From IMG/VR virus record IMGVR_UViG_3300027847_001698: a stretch of DNA of 64,000 nucleotides, one strand, 5' to 3'. The translations under genes and the position numbers were made by a program. Every line of letters begins with the position of its first letter. Positions within the stretch are counted from its first letter, which is position 1. Shown here in pieces: positions 39,713-49,784 of the stretch. The stretch is from a virus. Its lineage: Duplodnaviria > Caudoviricetes. A model generated the notes under the pieces. The model did not search any database. It had not been told where the DNA came from and saw nothing but the letters and a program-made list of their open reading frames with translations.

Positions 39713-40585
39713 TTATATTAACTTTCCATCTTTTTTTGCTACAAATGCTGATAGATACTTTCTTAATTCTAATTCCCTAACAATGTTCTTATCAGCGTCG
39801 ATAAGATATGATAGAATGAATGAAGCATAATACAGATTACGAAATTCGTCATTCAAGTTGTCTTGCATTTCGATAAACGTTCTCACTAATTTTTTCGGAA
39901 AAGCTTTGGTTAAACCAGTTAAGAAATCAATATCAACAGGAATCTGTTTGAACTTGTTTATTCTATCCTCGCATTTACTCTTAACATCCTTAACTTGTTC
40001 ATACGTTAAATTGAGTGTGTCATCATGAATAAGCCGGTGAGTAAACTCATCTAATACAAAAGGATTAGATACACTTGCTTTAGCTTTAGTACCATCTTCT
40101 TTGTCCCCAAACAATGCAGTAACGAAACTGTAATTCAACTGCAAAGCAAGATTACCAGAAAATCCATTTATTATTCCAAATGCTAATCCGGTCTTAGAAG
40201 TTATTTCTTCTAGATTCAAATTTGTCATTAAATTGAATAGAATTTTATCTACATCAGTATCACCAGGAATATCTAAAACATAATCCTTTAGTATAAATAT
40301 ACTTTTAACTGATGTTTTATCTCTAAAATGCTTTTCGCCAATTGTTTTAGCACCAAGAGACGCTTGTATATCTTTAATTATTTCTGATGTTTTGGCTACT
40401 TGGTATTCTTCGGACAATAGTCCATTACATGTTAGCCACGGTTGCCCGGACTCTCTATATGATAAACTGAAATACGGAGTATCTGAACCGTCTGGATCTT
40501 TAACTCTCTTATATCCAAAATCATAATTCATATCTTGTACTAATACAGAATCTGATATTGTCTGTAGACTAATTATAGATGCCAA
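39713..40585 (-). CDS. DUF932-like protein
   Basis: LSEEYQVAKTSEII and GIINGFSGNLALQL resemble DUF932 S..Y....N.E and INS.DG motifs; TTG start with AGGAG RBS. Confidence 0.5.
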   Translation of the reverse strand: MASIISLQTISDSVLVQDMNYDFGYKRVKDPDGSDTPYFSLSYRESGQPWLTCNGLLSEEYQVAKTSEIIKDIQASLGAKTIGEKHFRDKTSVKSIFILKDYVLDIPGDTDVDKILFNLMTNLNLEEITSKTGLAFGIINGFSGNLALQLNYSFVTALFGDKEDGTKAKASVSNPFVLDEFTHRLIHDDTLNLTYEQVKDVKSKCEDRINKFKQIPVDIDFLTGLTKAFPKKLVRTFIEMQDNLNDEFRNLYYASFILSYLIDADKNIVRELELRKYLSAFVAKKDGKLI

Positions 40586-40755
40586 TGGGATATCTCTCCT
40601 TTGATAAATATTTTGAAATGAAAAACTTATTAAATTCTCGTTTAAAATGATTTTTTAAAATGAAATCATTTACAGACACAATTCTTACTTCGATAGTAAT
40701 ATTCCCAATCATGGTTATACTTGTAATCATGGATGTCATATATTATTACATTTAG

Positions 40756-41973
40756 TCACCTTGCCACTATTAGAAGTTGATTCTGTGCTCTTGTTATTGC
40801 TGTATATAACCACCTAGCCCAATATTCATCATCCCAATAGCTACTTCGTTCTTCTAATACCATGACTCGATTTGCTTGACTTCCTTGTGCTTTATGAACA
40901 CTCAAGCAATAACCATAATCAAAATAATCAAGTTTAGCTGCATATACGTTAAGAGACGATGCAGATATCACTGCTCTATTCACTTTAGTAGGATTCATCT
41001 CAGGAGACGAATTCCCAAAACATGTTTTATCTATGGGTCCATGATATACTTCAGGGGTTTCATCTATTGCTACTTCTATTTCATAATAACAACCATGATC
41101 TGAGATATATCTTATCCTGCCACAACTACCATTGTATATAACAGTATCCATTGCAAAATGATTATTCTTTAAACAAACTACTCTGTCTCCCTTCTGGGGA
41201 TCTGAAGTAGTTCTTTTCAATAAATTTTCTCGAATGTAATTATTCATCTTTACTCTAGTAGCATTAAACCCACATAGTAATAAAGTTGTATCAAAGTTAT
41301 TAGTATTACGAAGGAAGTTATTTACAGCTTTGTTTTTACTTCCAACTACCTTTGCAACTTTTTCTCCATACATACCTGGAGGTATAACTCCGTTCGATCT
41401 TATATCCATAGATAATTTTATTATTGGATTTCCTTCACTCTGCCTATGTATTTCACGTAACATAAAATCAGGATTTTCCATTAAATTTAATGTTCCTTCA
41501 ATAGGTGGAAGTTGAAAGCAATCCCCAACTGCTAATATGGGGATTTCATAACTTTTCAAATCCTTATATATATCCGATCCAATCATACTAGCTTCATCTA
41601 CAACTAGTAGATCATACTCAACTTCATCCTTGGTTTTTAAATCCCAGGAAATGATATTCCCTGAAGATTCCTCAACCTTTGGTTTATATATCAAGGAATG
41701 TATAGTTCCGCAATAATCTACGGGTCTTAATGAATTAGTAGACTTGAGTTTAACTCTTAACACATGAGATGCCTTACCAGTATAACTGATATATGCAATT
41801 TTCACCATTCTAGGAAATATACGCTGGATTGTACTTACTAACGTAGTTTTGCCAGTTCCAGCATAACCTCCAAGAATAAATGGTTTCTCCTCATTATAAT
41901 TATACCACTCGGTTATTAATCCAATGGCTTCGTTTTGTTCTTTACTGTATTCCAGGGTCGTCTGTTGGGTCAT
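40756..41973 (-). CDS. SF1B DNA helicase (Dda/RecD2-like)
   Basis: GYAGTGKT, VDEASM, GDCFQLPP, SVHKAQGS, LYTAITRA. Confidence 0.95.
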   Translation of the reverse strand: MTQQTTLEYSKEQNEAIGLITEWYNYNEEKPFILGGYAGTGKTTLVSTIQRIFPRMVKIAYISYTGKASHVLRVKLKSTNSLRPVDYCGTIHSLIYKPKVEESSGNIISWDLKTKDEVEYDLLVVDEASMIGSDIYKDLKSYEIPILAVGDCFQLPPIEGTLNLMENPDFMLREIHRQSEGNPIIKLSMDIRSNGVIPPGMYGEKVAKVVGSKNKAVNNFLRNTNNFDTTLLLCGFNATRVKMNNYIRENLLKRTTSDPQKGDRVVCLKNNHFAMDTVIYNGSCGRIRYISDHGCYYEIEVAIDETPEVYHGPIDKTCFGNSSPEMNPTKVNRAVISASSLNVYAAKLDYFDYGYCLSVHKAQGSQANRVMVLEERSSYWDDEYWARWLYTAITRAQNQLLIVAR

Positions 41974-42430
41974 TCTCTTCTCCAGTCTCTTCTTCAGTCT
42001 CTTCTTCTTTTTCGTATATGTCTAATGTCCCTCCAGGTGACGAGAATACAAATACTCTAGCAATAACATCACCTACTGCAAATTCATATGCATAGTTAAA
42101 AGCAGTAACACTTAGCCACACTTCCCCATCATGTTCATTTCTATACATGTAATTTTGAACATAGACACCATGATCAAATTCTAATGATGGATCAACTTGA
42201 ATGAATGGAATTACACCTATAGGAAAATCTATACTCAACCCCATTGGTATTTGGGTTGGGTTCATTACTCTCATGTTAGCGGCTGACTTTAATTCAAAAT
42301 ATCCATCTTTATGAAAAACAGGTTTATTGACATTAGACGAAATATGAGTATATGTTATAGCCGGGTTACAAACCGATGTAACATAATTGTTTGCCATTGT
42401 AGTAACAGCATCAGGTTGCTGGGTGTCCAT
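41942..42430 (-). CDS. Degenerate dUTPase-fold protein
   Basis: IPMGLSIDFPIG...DGEVWL...GDVIARV follows trimeric dUTPase spacing but lacks RSG, G.ID.DY and the P-loop tail. Confidence 0.5.
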   Translation of the reverse strand: MDTQQPDAVTTMANNYVTSVCNPAITYTHISSNVNKPVFHKDGYFELKSAANMRVMNPTQIPMGLSIDFPIGVIPFIQVDPSLEFDHGVYVQNYMYRNEHDGEVWLSVTAFNYAYEFAVGDVIARVFVFSSPGGTLDIYEKEEETEEETGEENDPTDDPGIQ

Positions 42431-42433
42431 AGA

Positions 42434-43357
42434 TTAACCTCCTAATCGAGAACGTAATTCACTTTTTCTATCTTCAGGAATTTGTATTCTATCTATAATA
42501 TTGTAGATATCTTTATCTAGAGTCTTCCCTTCGTTTATATGAACAGGTATGTATGGGTGGTAATCAGGATCATCTACTTCATAGAAGTTTCTAATATTCA
42601 TGTCATCTATCCCAACCATTTTAGAAGACCAATATGACAGAAGTCCCGATCCACATGCGGGAAGACCATCCTTCATACAATTATGTGGGGTCGATACTGA
42701 ATCCCCATCAGATGTACTATATAAATAAGGTCTATCACAACTAATAGTATGTTTGATGGCATCCCATAAATCAAAGTGTTTAATCAATTCCCACTGATCT
42801 GATTTCATTAAATTAGATAATCCATATAATGGAGTTATCCTATTTCCTATCAATGTTCCATAATTAAATAGTTCCAAACATGATTGTAAAAAGTATTCTG
42901 AATTGTCGGGGTAGTGACCTGATTCTGTAAGATTCAAAAATCCACCTAATAGATAAACTTTATCATATCCATGTTTCATAACCAATGATTCTGCATATGA
43001 TGCCATTACCGTCATGAACATCATATTGCGTCCAGGGTGCCATGCATGTAGTGTTTTCAGCCCCTTAGCCGTTCCGGTGGTCACTTCGGCCTCAGGATTC
43101 TCTAACATAGATATATCCTTACTTCCCATAGCTTCATAAATACCAGAAAGATCAAATTCCTTAAGTGTAACAGGCATTCCTTTAGCTGTTAATTCATCAA
43201 CAACATTCGTGATAGCCAATTTTTCACAATCGCCACCTCTATGATTATAATTGAAATAACATGCTATGACATTCTCGTAGCCTGCTAATTTTAACATTGC
43301 TAATGTAGAGGAAGAGTCTAAGCCCCCACTACATGATACTAGACATAATTCACTCAT
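42434..43357 (-). CDS. queC: QueC-like 7-cyano-7-deazaguanine synthase (PP-loop)
   Basis: SCSGGLDS, YNHRG, PGRN, HYPDN, ISCD..C..C. Confidence 0.85.
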   Translation of the reverse strand: MSELCLVSCSGGLDSSSTLAMLKLAGYENVIACYFNYNHRGGDCEKLAITNVVDELTAKGMPVTLKEFDLSGIYEAMGSKDISMLENPEAEVTTGTAKGLKTLHAWHPGRNMMFMTVMASYAESLVMKHGYDKVYLLGGFLNLTESGHYPDNSEYFLQSCLELFNYGTLIGNRITPLYGLSNLMKSDQWELIKHFDLWDAIKHTISCDRPYLYSTSDGDSVSTPHNCMKDGLPACGSGLLSYWSSKMVGIDDMNIRNFYEVDDPDYHPYIPVHINEGKTLDKDIYNIIDRIQIPEDRKSELRSRLGG

Positions 43358-44667
43358 ACATCTCTTTCTCCATCATAAATATGCTTGATAACTGGAAATC
43401 GCAAACTCGGTTTTCCTTTTTCATCTACTGTTTCCTCAAAATATCTAACTGTTATAGTTCTACCTAACAGATCATTCGGATCTTTATGCCACATCTTTCT
43501 CTGTTCAAGACTAAATCCAGAACCTACCCCCACCGGATTCCCCTTATGTTCAATACTAACTCTACTGAGCAATTCACATTCAACTTCTAATCCTGTTATA
43601 GAATCAATATGCCTGAATGGACCCATTGATACACTTTTAATTATATACTCTGCATCTATAAATTGTTTAACTTTATACATGCTTCTGGTCCGCTTTCCTT
43701 CATACACTGAATCTCCATTTCGAAGTATCAGTCCTTCCCATTCATTGTCATTAGCTGCCTTAGCACAAGCATCAAACATATCAGTGGAAGTGATTAGCGT
43801 TTGTGGTAGCGAGGTCAAAACTGTTCCATCAAATCCAATATTTGTTAAAAACCCCAATCGATTAATGAATGTGGTTGTTCCCTTTTCATTCCAAAAATCA
43901 TCCATAGACATTATATCAAATGCATAGAATTTAGGATTTAGAATTGTATAGTTCTTTTTCCTTATATATTTCATTATCTTCTGGAAATCCTCTAGTCCAT
44001 CTTCAACCATACAGATTTCACCATCAATGACTTTATTCCTAATTAGATCTTCTTTTTCTTTTTCACCAGCCCACGTTAATAAAGTAGATTTAACTACATC
44101 TAATGTGTAGAATTCTTTACCACTTCTTGAAAAGAATTTAACATTAAGATCATTATCTACAAATATTAAACAACGATTGCCGTCGAGTTTCCTTGACGCA
44201 TACCATTTCTCTTTTACAAAATCAACTTTTGCTTTAGCATTATATGTTTCACACAATGAAACATTAAACACTGGAATAGTATTAGGAAATATTTTATTGA
44301 TTAATTTAGTATCAGTTCTAGTCTTTAGATTTCTGTCAATGATATTATATATAAGATCAGTATGTTCATGGTTTTCTGCTATGAATCTATTAACTGCTCC
44401 TACTGCATCATGACCGGTCAGAGTTCTATTATCTAACGCCTTTAATAATGTTATAATTTCATTGTATTCATTTGTTTCAGCCACAACACTAGATAACTTT
44501 TTAAGGTTATCAGAAGTAACGCCATACTGATAGTTTATCGTATCATATATGTACTTCCATATTTCCTTGCATTGTGGATATCTTTCAATTACTTTCTTTT
44601 TATCTAATGTAGAATTAGAAGCATTAGCTTCTTCTACAAAGGGTGCTAAGTTTTGTAAGTCATTCAT
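43354..44667 (-). CDS. ATP-dependent DNA ligase (T4 gp30-like)
   Basis: RKLDGNR (motif I), IDGEI (III), WEGLILR (IV), YKVK (V), SLRFP (VI). Confidence 0.95.
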   Translation of the reverse strand: MNDLQNLAPFVEEANASNSTLDKKKVIERYPQCKEIWKYIYDTINYQYGVTSDNLKKLSSVVAETNEYNEIITLLKALDNRTLTGHDAVGAVNRFIAENHEHTDLIYNIIDRNLKTRTDTKLINKIFPNTIPVFNVSLCETYNAKAKVDFVKEKWYASRKLDGNRCLIFVDNDLNVKFFSRSGKEFYTLDVVKSTLLTWAGEKEKEDLIRNKVIDGEICMVEDGLEDFQKIMKYIRKKNYTILNPKFYAFDIMSMDDFWNEKGTTTFINRLGFLTNIGFDGTVLTSLPQTLITSTDMFDACAKAANDNEWEGLILRNGDSVYEGKRTRSMYKVKQFIDAEYIIKSVSMGPFRHIDSITGLEVECELLSRVSIEHKGNPVGVGSGFSLEQRKMWHKDPNDLLGRTITVRYFEETVDEKGKPSLRFPVIKHIYDGERDV

Positions 44668-45476
44668 CTTCTATTTCCATCATTATCAAAGTTTGTATCA
44701 AAATTCTGAGTTACAAATCTAGGACTGAATTTAATATTTCTAATAAAGCCAGAATCTAAATCCAGACTCTTAATACGTTGGCCTCTTAGATAGTGATTAT
44801 AAAAGTCTTCCCATGTATTTTCGCCGTTTCTAGTACAATCAGTAACATCTTCTATTATTTCTGTAAGACACCCGTTAGAACTAGATAATCCATATCCTAT
44901 TCCCCGAATAGCCATATGGGCTAACGGTTTAAAATCAGTCCAGTAATAAACTCTATCTAATGCAATATCATATAGTATTGCAGCAAAACCACCAGACAAA
45001 TGTTCGCATGTGTCTTTGATATTTTTGTCCTGCCTTATATACTCTGCAATAATAGCTTCAGAATCAATCTGTGTATTAAACTTAAACTTGCCAGTATTAT
45101 TAGACCAATTCTTCAAATCCACACATACAAAATTAGAGACAGAACCATTATGAACAACTACAACTCCATCATTTACAATAGGCTGCATATTTGTTTCAGT
45201 AGTAGGAGGCTCTTGTTCAGGAGCTGCTCTTGCATTGGATAGTAATAAATCTCCTTTGTCAAAGTTAACTTTCACAAAACTTTTCACTTCACCCTTACAT
45301 GTTGAATAGGGGTAAATACTTCTGTATGTAGTTATCTTCCTTGCAGGTTCAGATCTTTTTATAATTGAAATTCCAAATCCGTCGGTCCCTCGTTTTTCAG
45401 ACCATTTAAACAGAGGCTCTATAATTTCATAATCTGGTTTTGATTCTCTTGCGAAAAACATTGATATTCCACACAT
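44664..45476 (-). CDS. Class II (Ntn) glutamine amidotransferase
   Basis: True start MCGI (catalytic Cys1) at 45476, RGTDGFG, RAAP, QP, HNGS, DSE; the track's 45539 start is too long. Confidence 0.9.
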   Translation of the reverse strand: MCGISMFFARESKPDYEIIEPLFKWSEKRGTDGFGISIIKRSEPARKITTYRSIYPYSTCKGEVKSFVKVNFDKGDLLLSNARAAPEQEPPTTETNMQPIVNDGVVVVHNGSVSNFVCVDLKNWSNNTGKFKFNTQIDSEAIIAEYIRQDKNIKDTCEHLSGGFAAILYDIALDRVYYWTDFKPLAHMAIRGIGYGLSSSNGCLTEIIEDVTDCTRNGENTWEDFYNHYLRGQRIKSLDLDSGFIRNIKFSPRFVTQNFDTNFDNDGNRR

Positions 45477-45492
45477 GTTTTTTTGTCTCTTG

Positions 45493-45978
45493 TTATCCGT
45501 TAACTCGTATACTATTATGGATCTTTGGCTGACCATCAAAATACTTATAAATTAATCCATTCTCATTTATAAGTAACACAATCTTACTATTTCTGCTAGC
45601 ATATCTGATTGTTGACCATGTTCCAGATCTCTGTTCCTCAATTAATGTTTCTGGTGTGGCAATAAGAATATCTGTACAATTTACAATATCCTTATTACGT
45701 TCTAAATAATCCTTTGCTCTATGTTCTACTTTGGAATCGTTATTGTAATTCCTCAATCTTGAATTAGTTGGGGGGTGGATAATAATACTTATACCCATGT
45801 TAAGACATATGATATGAGAATCAGTATCTGATCCGATACAATCCCCATGATGAAATTCAGTTACTATACCATTTGCGGATAACATTTGTCTCAATGTCTC
45901 TTTTTGGTAGAGGCTCATTCCAATTCTAGTTCCTGTAAATCCCACTCTTAACGGAGTGTCATTGCTTTCAGTATTCAC
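45493..45978 (-). CDS. SLOG-superfamily (DprA/YspA-like Rossmann) protein
   Basis: VGFTGTR, HHGDCIGSD, YLERNKDIV, RSGTWSTIRYA. Confidence 0.75.
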   Translation of the reverse strand: MNTESNDTPLRVGFTGTRIGMSLYQKETLRQMLSANGIVTEFHHGDCIGSDTDSHIICLNMGISIIIHPPTNSRLRNYNNDSKVEHRAKDYLERNKDIVNCTDILIATPETLIEEQRSGTWSTIRYASRNSKIVLLINENGLIYKYFDGQPKIHNSIRVNG

Positions 45979-46048
45979 TATTTATAATCCTGATTAAAAA
46001 TAAAATATTGTAAAAACAACCATATTAAATTTCTCTTAAAGAAAGTCA

Positions 46049-46081
46049 ATAAGTGACGAGACATTATAACCCGTCACTTAT
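46049..46081 (-). terminator. Hairpin, probable terminator
   Basis: ATAAGTGACG/CGTCACTTAT 10-bp inverted repeat downstream of 46100..46594. Confidence 0.55.
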
Positions 46082-46099
46082 ATCATTTGTCCTTTTCTA

Positions 46100-46594
46100 T
46101 TATGGATATGGTGCGCCTAAATGTAAGATTTTCTTTTCTGCCTCAGTTGGCGTAACTGCAAACTGAGATTTATATCCGAAATTTCCTTCTTCTGACCTTT
46201 CTTCAGATTGTAAAATCTCACCATGATGTTCAATCGTGATCAATACTGAAGCAGGAGCTATAAACAGTTTATCCCCACTGTCATCATCGCCCTCCGTCAC
46301 ACTAACAATAACTGGAAGAGTGTGTTCTTTCTTCTTTGTTGCTCTAAGAGCTCTTACTGCTGATCGACACCATCCTTCGTCTTTGTTGAATGTTTCAGTG
46401 GTACTGCATATTGAAACGCCCCTGCAAACATCTCCATCTGATGTAAGCCCAACAAACACGGTTCCTATTCGATGCCGTCCACTATCCCCACTATCCCCAC
46501 TATCTACTTTCAAATAGTAGTGCTGGTGAGCAGAGAAAGCTTTCTCGACTTGTGCCGCTATGTGTTCATGTTTTGCATTATATGCCATAGTCAA
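46100..46594 (-). CDS. Hypothetical protein
   Basis: 164 aa; contains a 9-bp x3 repeat (46479..46504) encoding DSGDSGDSG. Confidence 0.6.
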   Translation of the reverse strand: MTMAYNAKHEHIAAQVEKAFSAHQHYYLKVDSGDSGDSGRHRIGTVFVGLTSDGDVCRGVSICSTTETFNKDEGWCRSAVRALRATKKKEHTLPVIVSVTEGDDDSGDKLFIAPASVLITIEHHGEILQSEERSEEGNFGYKSQFAVTPTEAEKKILHLGAPYP

Positions 46595-46599
46595 TTACT

Positions 46600-46755
46600 T
46601 CATTGTGGTTCCGGTTTGGGGACTTCCGTTATTGAATGGATGTCCCAGTTAGTTTCTGTTTTAACTTGTTCTTCCGTCATTTCTAAAAACTCTAATAACC
46701 GTTTTCGGCACTCAGGGTTTAGATCATCAATAAATATTTCAAAAAGTTCGTCCAT
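46600..46755 (-). CDS. Small acidic protein (51 aa; absent from ORF track)
   Basis: MDELFEIFIDDLNPECRKRLLEFLEMTEEQVKTETNWDIHSITEVPKPEPQ; fills the gap. Confidence 0.5.
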   Translation of the reverse strand: MDELFEIFIDDLNPECRKRLLEFLEMTEEQVKTETNWDIHSITEVPKPEPQ

Positions 46756-46821
46756 AATATATATAAAAGGGGGATACGCATGATAAATCTATTAAATCTA
46801 CTATGTATCCAATTTAAACTT

Positions 46822-47985
46822 CTATAGTTTTCCTTCTGTTATGAGTTCAACACGGCTCGGAATGTTCGAACGAGTGTTCACTTGTTGGGTTCCTTCTTTG
46901 ACCCTGTATCTGAGAGATACGGATCTTTCACCCACAGATGGTTGTGTAATCTTTAAGCGATTCCATGTGGTCCTTTTGATCTTGTCAGGTTCCCAATTCA
47001 CATTTTGAATCCATGTTGGGAAACTATCAGTTCCTTCTCTGCTTGCTGCAAATTCAACACAACGAGTTGTGAATCTGAATTTTGCTTGTGCAGTTTTTAC
47101 CGCTTTAAGTTTATTCTTAATGGTTCTTAAGGCATCTTCGTTTTTATCATATTCTTCAAACGAAGTCTCAATGTCAGGAGTATCAATCTCCACCAAGAAA
47201 TACTCAACCTTTACCGGCTTTGTTTTTTCTCTTTCAGATGTCGTAGTCTTATACGTATTAATAACTCCTTCTTTATCGTCCGATAGAACAATTCCAGTGG
47301 AGCTAAGTCTATCCCATTCATGAATGAGATGCTTTTTCTCTTCAGTCAATCTGTCCAGCATTGATTTCGTCAAGAAATAATACTGACCATAAAACGAGAT
47401 CCATCTTTCTGGTGAAACGAAGTTGTCAAAGACAATCTTGTTATCAGTAAGAATACCCGACTCCATCATGAATTTATTTTCAGCTGCGGTTGGCATGAAC
47501 TCGATAGTGTTCCATCCGTCATACCATTCTCCATTCAATCCTGTTACGTTGAATGTTCTTGGATGTCCTGTACCATCAGTAGTCATCACATTTTGATCGA
47601 AAATACGAATTCCGAATGTGAATACCTCTTTGTGTGCAGTTAATCCCATAATTTTGCCATGCCGATTTTTATCCGACACAACCATTTGTCCTTCTTGTTT
47701 GGTTCCACCCCTCATTGAATGATACTCAGGTATATTGATGACTGCTTCTCTATCCCATAATGCATACAGAAAAGTAGCGAGATCTAGATCTGTTGCACAA
47801 ATCAGATTACCGGCGTCATCGTGCTGAGCAGCACTCGGGTTGCGACTGAATAGATCGTACACCCATAAGGCGTCAATCTTATCAATCAACGAAACCACAT
47901 CATGTCCTCTATCTCTAATCCCCACCATCAATGGATTTTCTAGGATATTAGTCAGGGTAGCTGCAACTTGTTTTGCTTTTGGCAT
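46822..47985 (-). CDS. Hypothetical protein
   Basis: 387-aa ORF; no motif recognised. Confidence 0.7.
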   Translation of the reverse strand: MPKAKQVAATLTNILENPLMVGIRDRGHDVVSLIDKIDALWVYDLFSRNPSAAQHDDAGNLICATDLDLATFLYALWDREAVINIPEYHSMRGGTKQEGQMVVSDKNRHGKIMGLTAHKEVFTFGIRIFDQNVMTTDGTGHPRTFNVTGLNGEWYDGWNTIEFMPTAAENKFMMESGILTDNKIVFDNFVSPERWISFYGQYYFLTKSMLDRLTEEKKHLIHEWDRLSSTGIVLSDDKEGVINTYKTTTSEREKTKPVKVEYFLVEIDTPDIETSFEEYDKNEDALRTIKNKLKAVKTAQAKFRFTTRCVEFAASREGTDSFPTWIQNVNWEPDKIKRTTWNRLKITQPSVGERSVSLRYRVKEGTQQVNTRSNIPSRVELITEGKL

Positions 47986-48134
47986 ACTTATGCTTCCTTC
48001 TTTGTTGATTGTATCTTTTCGAGCTGTGCTACAATATCGTTATTAACCGCAGATTTCTCTACGATACTCAGGATATTCCACATTGGAAATAATCTCCGTT
48101 GGGATAGTGTTAAGATTCACATGATATCAAATGA

Positions 48135-48761
48135 TTAAGGCTTGGAGCAAAAAATTCTCATATAGATATTTCTACCCTTATGAATTACATCATGTTCTAT
48201 TTTATCTATTTTCCATGTTCCGCCTTCTGAAGCAATATAACTATGAGCTAATTTTGGAGTCCATTGCGACCCATGTGGATCTGACATTGTGTTATTGAAT
48301 TCCGTATTTAATAATAATTTGGTTGATTCTACTTTCTCTGAAGTCATCTCTTCATATCTTTTCTCAAAATCAATTAAAATCTCAGATAATTTTAATGCAT
48401 CAGGAACAAGAATTACCAATTCCGCATCATCATTTGTTATTTGATTACATGCATCTAATAATCTTCCAATTTCACCACTATCGTAAAACTGGTGTTCGAA
48501 AATTCTATCCGCTATTAGTTTATCAAATTGATATTTGTATGTATCTAGAAACTCAAATAAATCTGTTCCAACGTATATTCTACATGGGGTATTATCATTC
48601 ATGTTTCTGGTATATGATTCTTCAGCTTCTCTTACCGTTGAATTGACTCCAGTTGCATAACTCCTATCCACGCATACTACACAATCAAAATCAGATGTTA
48701 TGTCCCGAAAAGTGTTTCCTATTTTTCCTGTACCTAATGATAATAATGATGTATAACTCAC
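48135..48761 (-). CDS. SAM-dependent methyltransferase-like protein
   Basis: LLSLGTG, CVD, RIFEH, LVILVPD, PHGSQWT; same pattern type as 3179..3733. Confidence 0.65.
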   Translation of the reverse strand: MSYTSLLSLGTGKIGNTFRDITSDFDCVVCVDRSYATGVNSTVREAEESYTRNMNDNTPCRIYVGTDLFEFLDTYKYQFDKLIADRIFEHQFYDSGEIGRLLDACNQITNDDAELVILVPDALKLSEILIDFEKRYEEMTSEKVESTKLLLNTEFNNTMSDPHGSQWTPKLAHSYIASEGGTWKIDKIEHDVIHKGRNIYMRIFCSKP

Positions 48762-49777
48762 ACTGATCCCTCTGTTGCTATTTTAAATATTATTAAATCG
48801 GATGCCCACATATTGGAATGCTCGTTACAATAGTTTTCCAAATGTCGAAAATTTTCATTATTGGGCCTTATTCGTTGACGATCCCACCACTTATTAAAAT
48901 ACCCAGAACAGTATTTCATGAGACCATGACGACCGACAGGTCGATTACTCCCACGATCACAAGGATATGAGCAATGGTTCTGTCCATAATTAAACTTTTT
49001 CTTATCCCACCACTTATCAAATAGATCTGGATGATTTGCTGCTAACCAGTGAGATTGAGTCTTCCACCATTTTGTGGGTATTCTCTCGGGTAACCACCAA
49101 TCATCAAAATATTCCAAACAATACGAAAACAAGTAATACATTACATCAGTAGAATAAACAAACTTCTCAGGGTCCCACCATGTAGTAAACTTACTAGGAT
49201 AAGACATTGGCATAATTTCACTAATACGATTCCATTGCCATTTTGTTAGTTTCTCTGGCTTCCACCAGATATCAAACTGCCCCGAACAACTAGTTACTAA
49301 TGACATAAACGATTGCGAGTTAAACTTATTTTCATCCCACCACGTATTAAAGTGGCTCCTACATCCAGATGCTAATGCCGAACTACCATACTTCCAATCA
49401 TATTTATCAGGATCCCACCATTCATCAAATTTAGATGATAAAGAAAAAGCTAAATCAGAAGAGTAATTCTCCCAATCATATTTATCAGGATCCCACCATT
49501 CATCAAATTTACCATTAAGATATCTACATAATAACTTACTATGTTTTTTATAATCTATTAATTCTTTATCAAACCACAAATCAAAATTCTTATATTGATG
49601 GGTACTAAGCCAGTTAAATTCTTTTGTTCTCCAATCTGGTTCTAACTCATAAAATCGAGTTTTAAATTTTCTAGAAACACTTTGTCTAAATGATCTAATC
49701 CTTTTTACGTTGTCAATAGAAACAGGAAATTTCTGTTTCACTAAATTAATATCAATTTTTCCTAATAAATCGTCCAT
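48758..49777 (-). CDS. Trp-rich tandem repeat protein (about 25-26 aa F-x-x-W-W-D-P-x-K repeats)
   Basis: About 8-9 repeat units; start revised to ATG 49777 to remove the 104-nt overlap with the upstream gene. Confidence 0.75.
   Translation of the reverse strand: MDDLLGKIDINLVKQKFPVSIDNVKRIRSFRQSVSRKFKTRFYELEPDWRTKEFNWLSTHQYKNFDLWFDKELIDYKKHSKLLCRYLNGKFDEWWDPDKYDWENYSSDLAFSLSSKFDEWWDPDKYDWKYGSSALASGCRSHFNTWWDENKFNSQSFMSLVTSCSGQFDIWWKPEKLTKWQWNRISEIMPMSYPSKFTTWWDPEKFVYSTDVMYYLFSYCLEYFDDWWLPERIPTKWWKTQSHWLAANHPDLFDKWWDKKKFNYGQNHCSYPCDRGSNRPVGRHGLMKYCSGYFNKWWDRQRIRPNNENFRHLENYCNEHSNMWASDLIIFKIATEGSV
49394..49511. repeat. 40-bp exact direct repeat, 78-bp period
   Basis: CCAATCATATTTATCAGGATCCCACCATTCATCAAATTTA at 49394..49433 and 49472..49511. 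Confidence 0.9.
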
Positions 49778-49784
49778 GTATAAA

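Noticed and set aside
42434-45476. QatABCD-type anti-phage system
   Set aside because: No QatA P-loop ATPase or TatD nuclease is adjacent; the context is phage DNA metabolism with FolE.
49394-49511. Diversity-generating retroelement TR/VR pair or mini-CRISPR
   Set aside because: The copies are identical (no adenine-specific mismatches), in frame with a 78-bp protein-repeat period, and no reverse transcriptase or cas gene is in the window.
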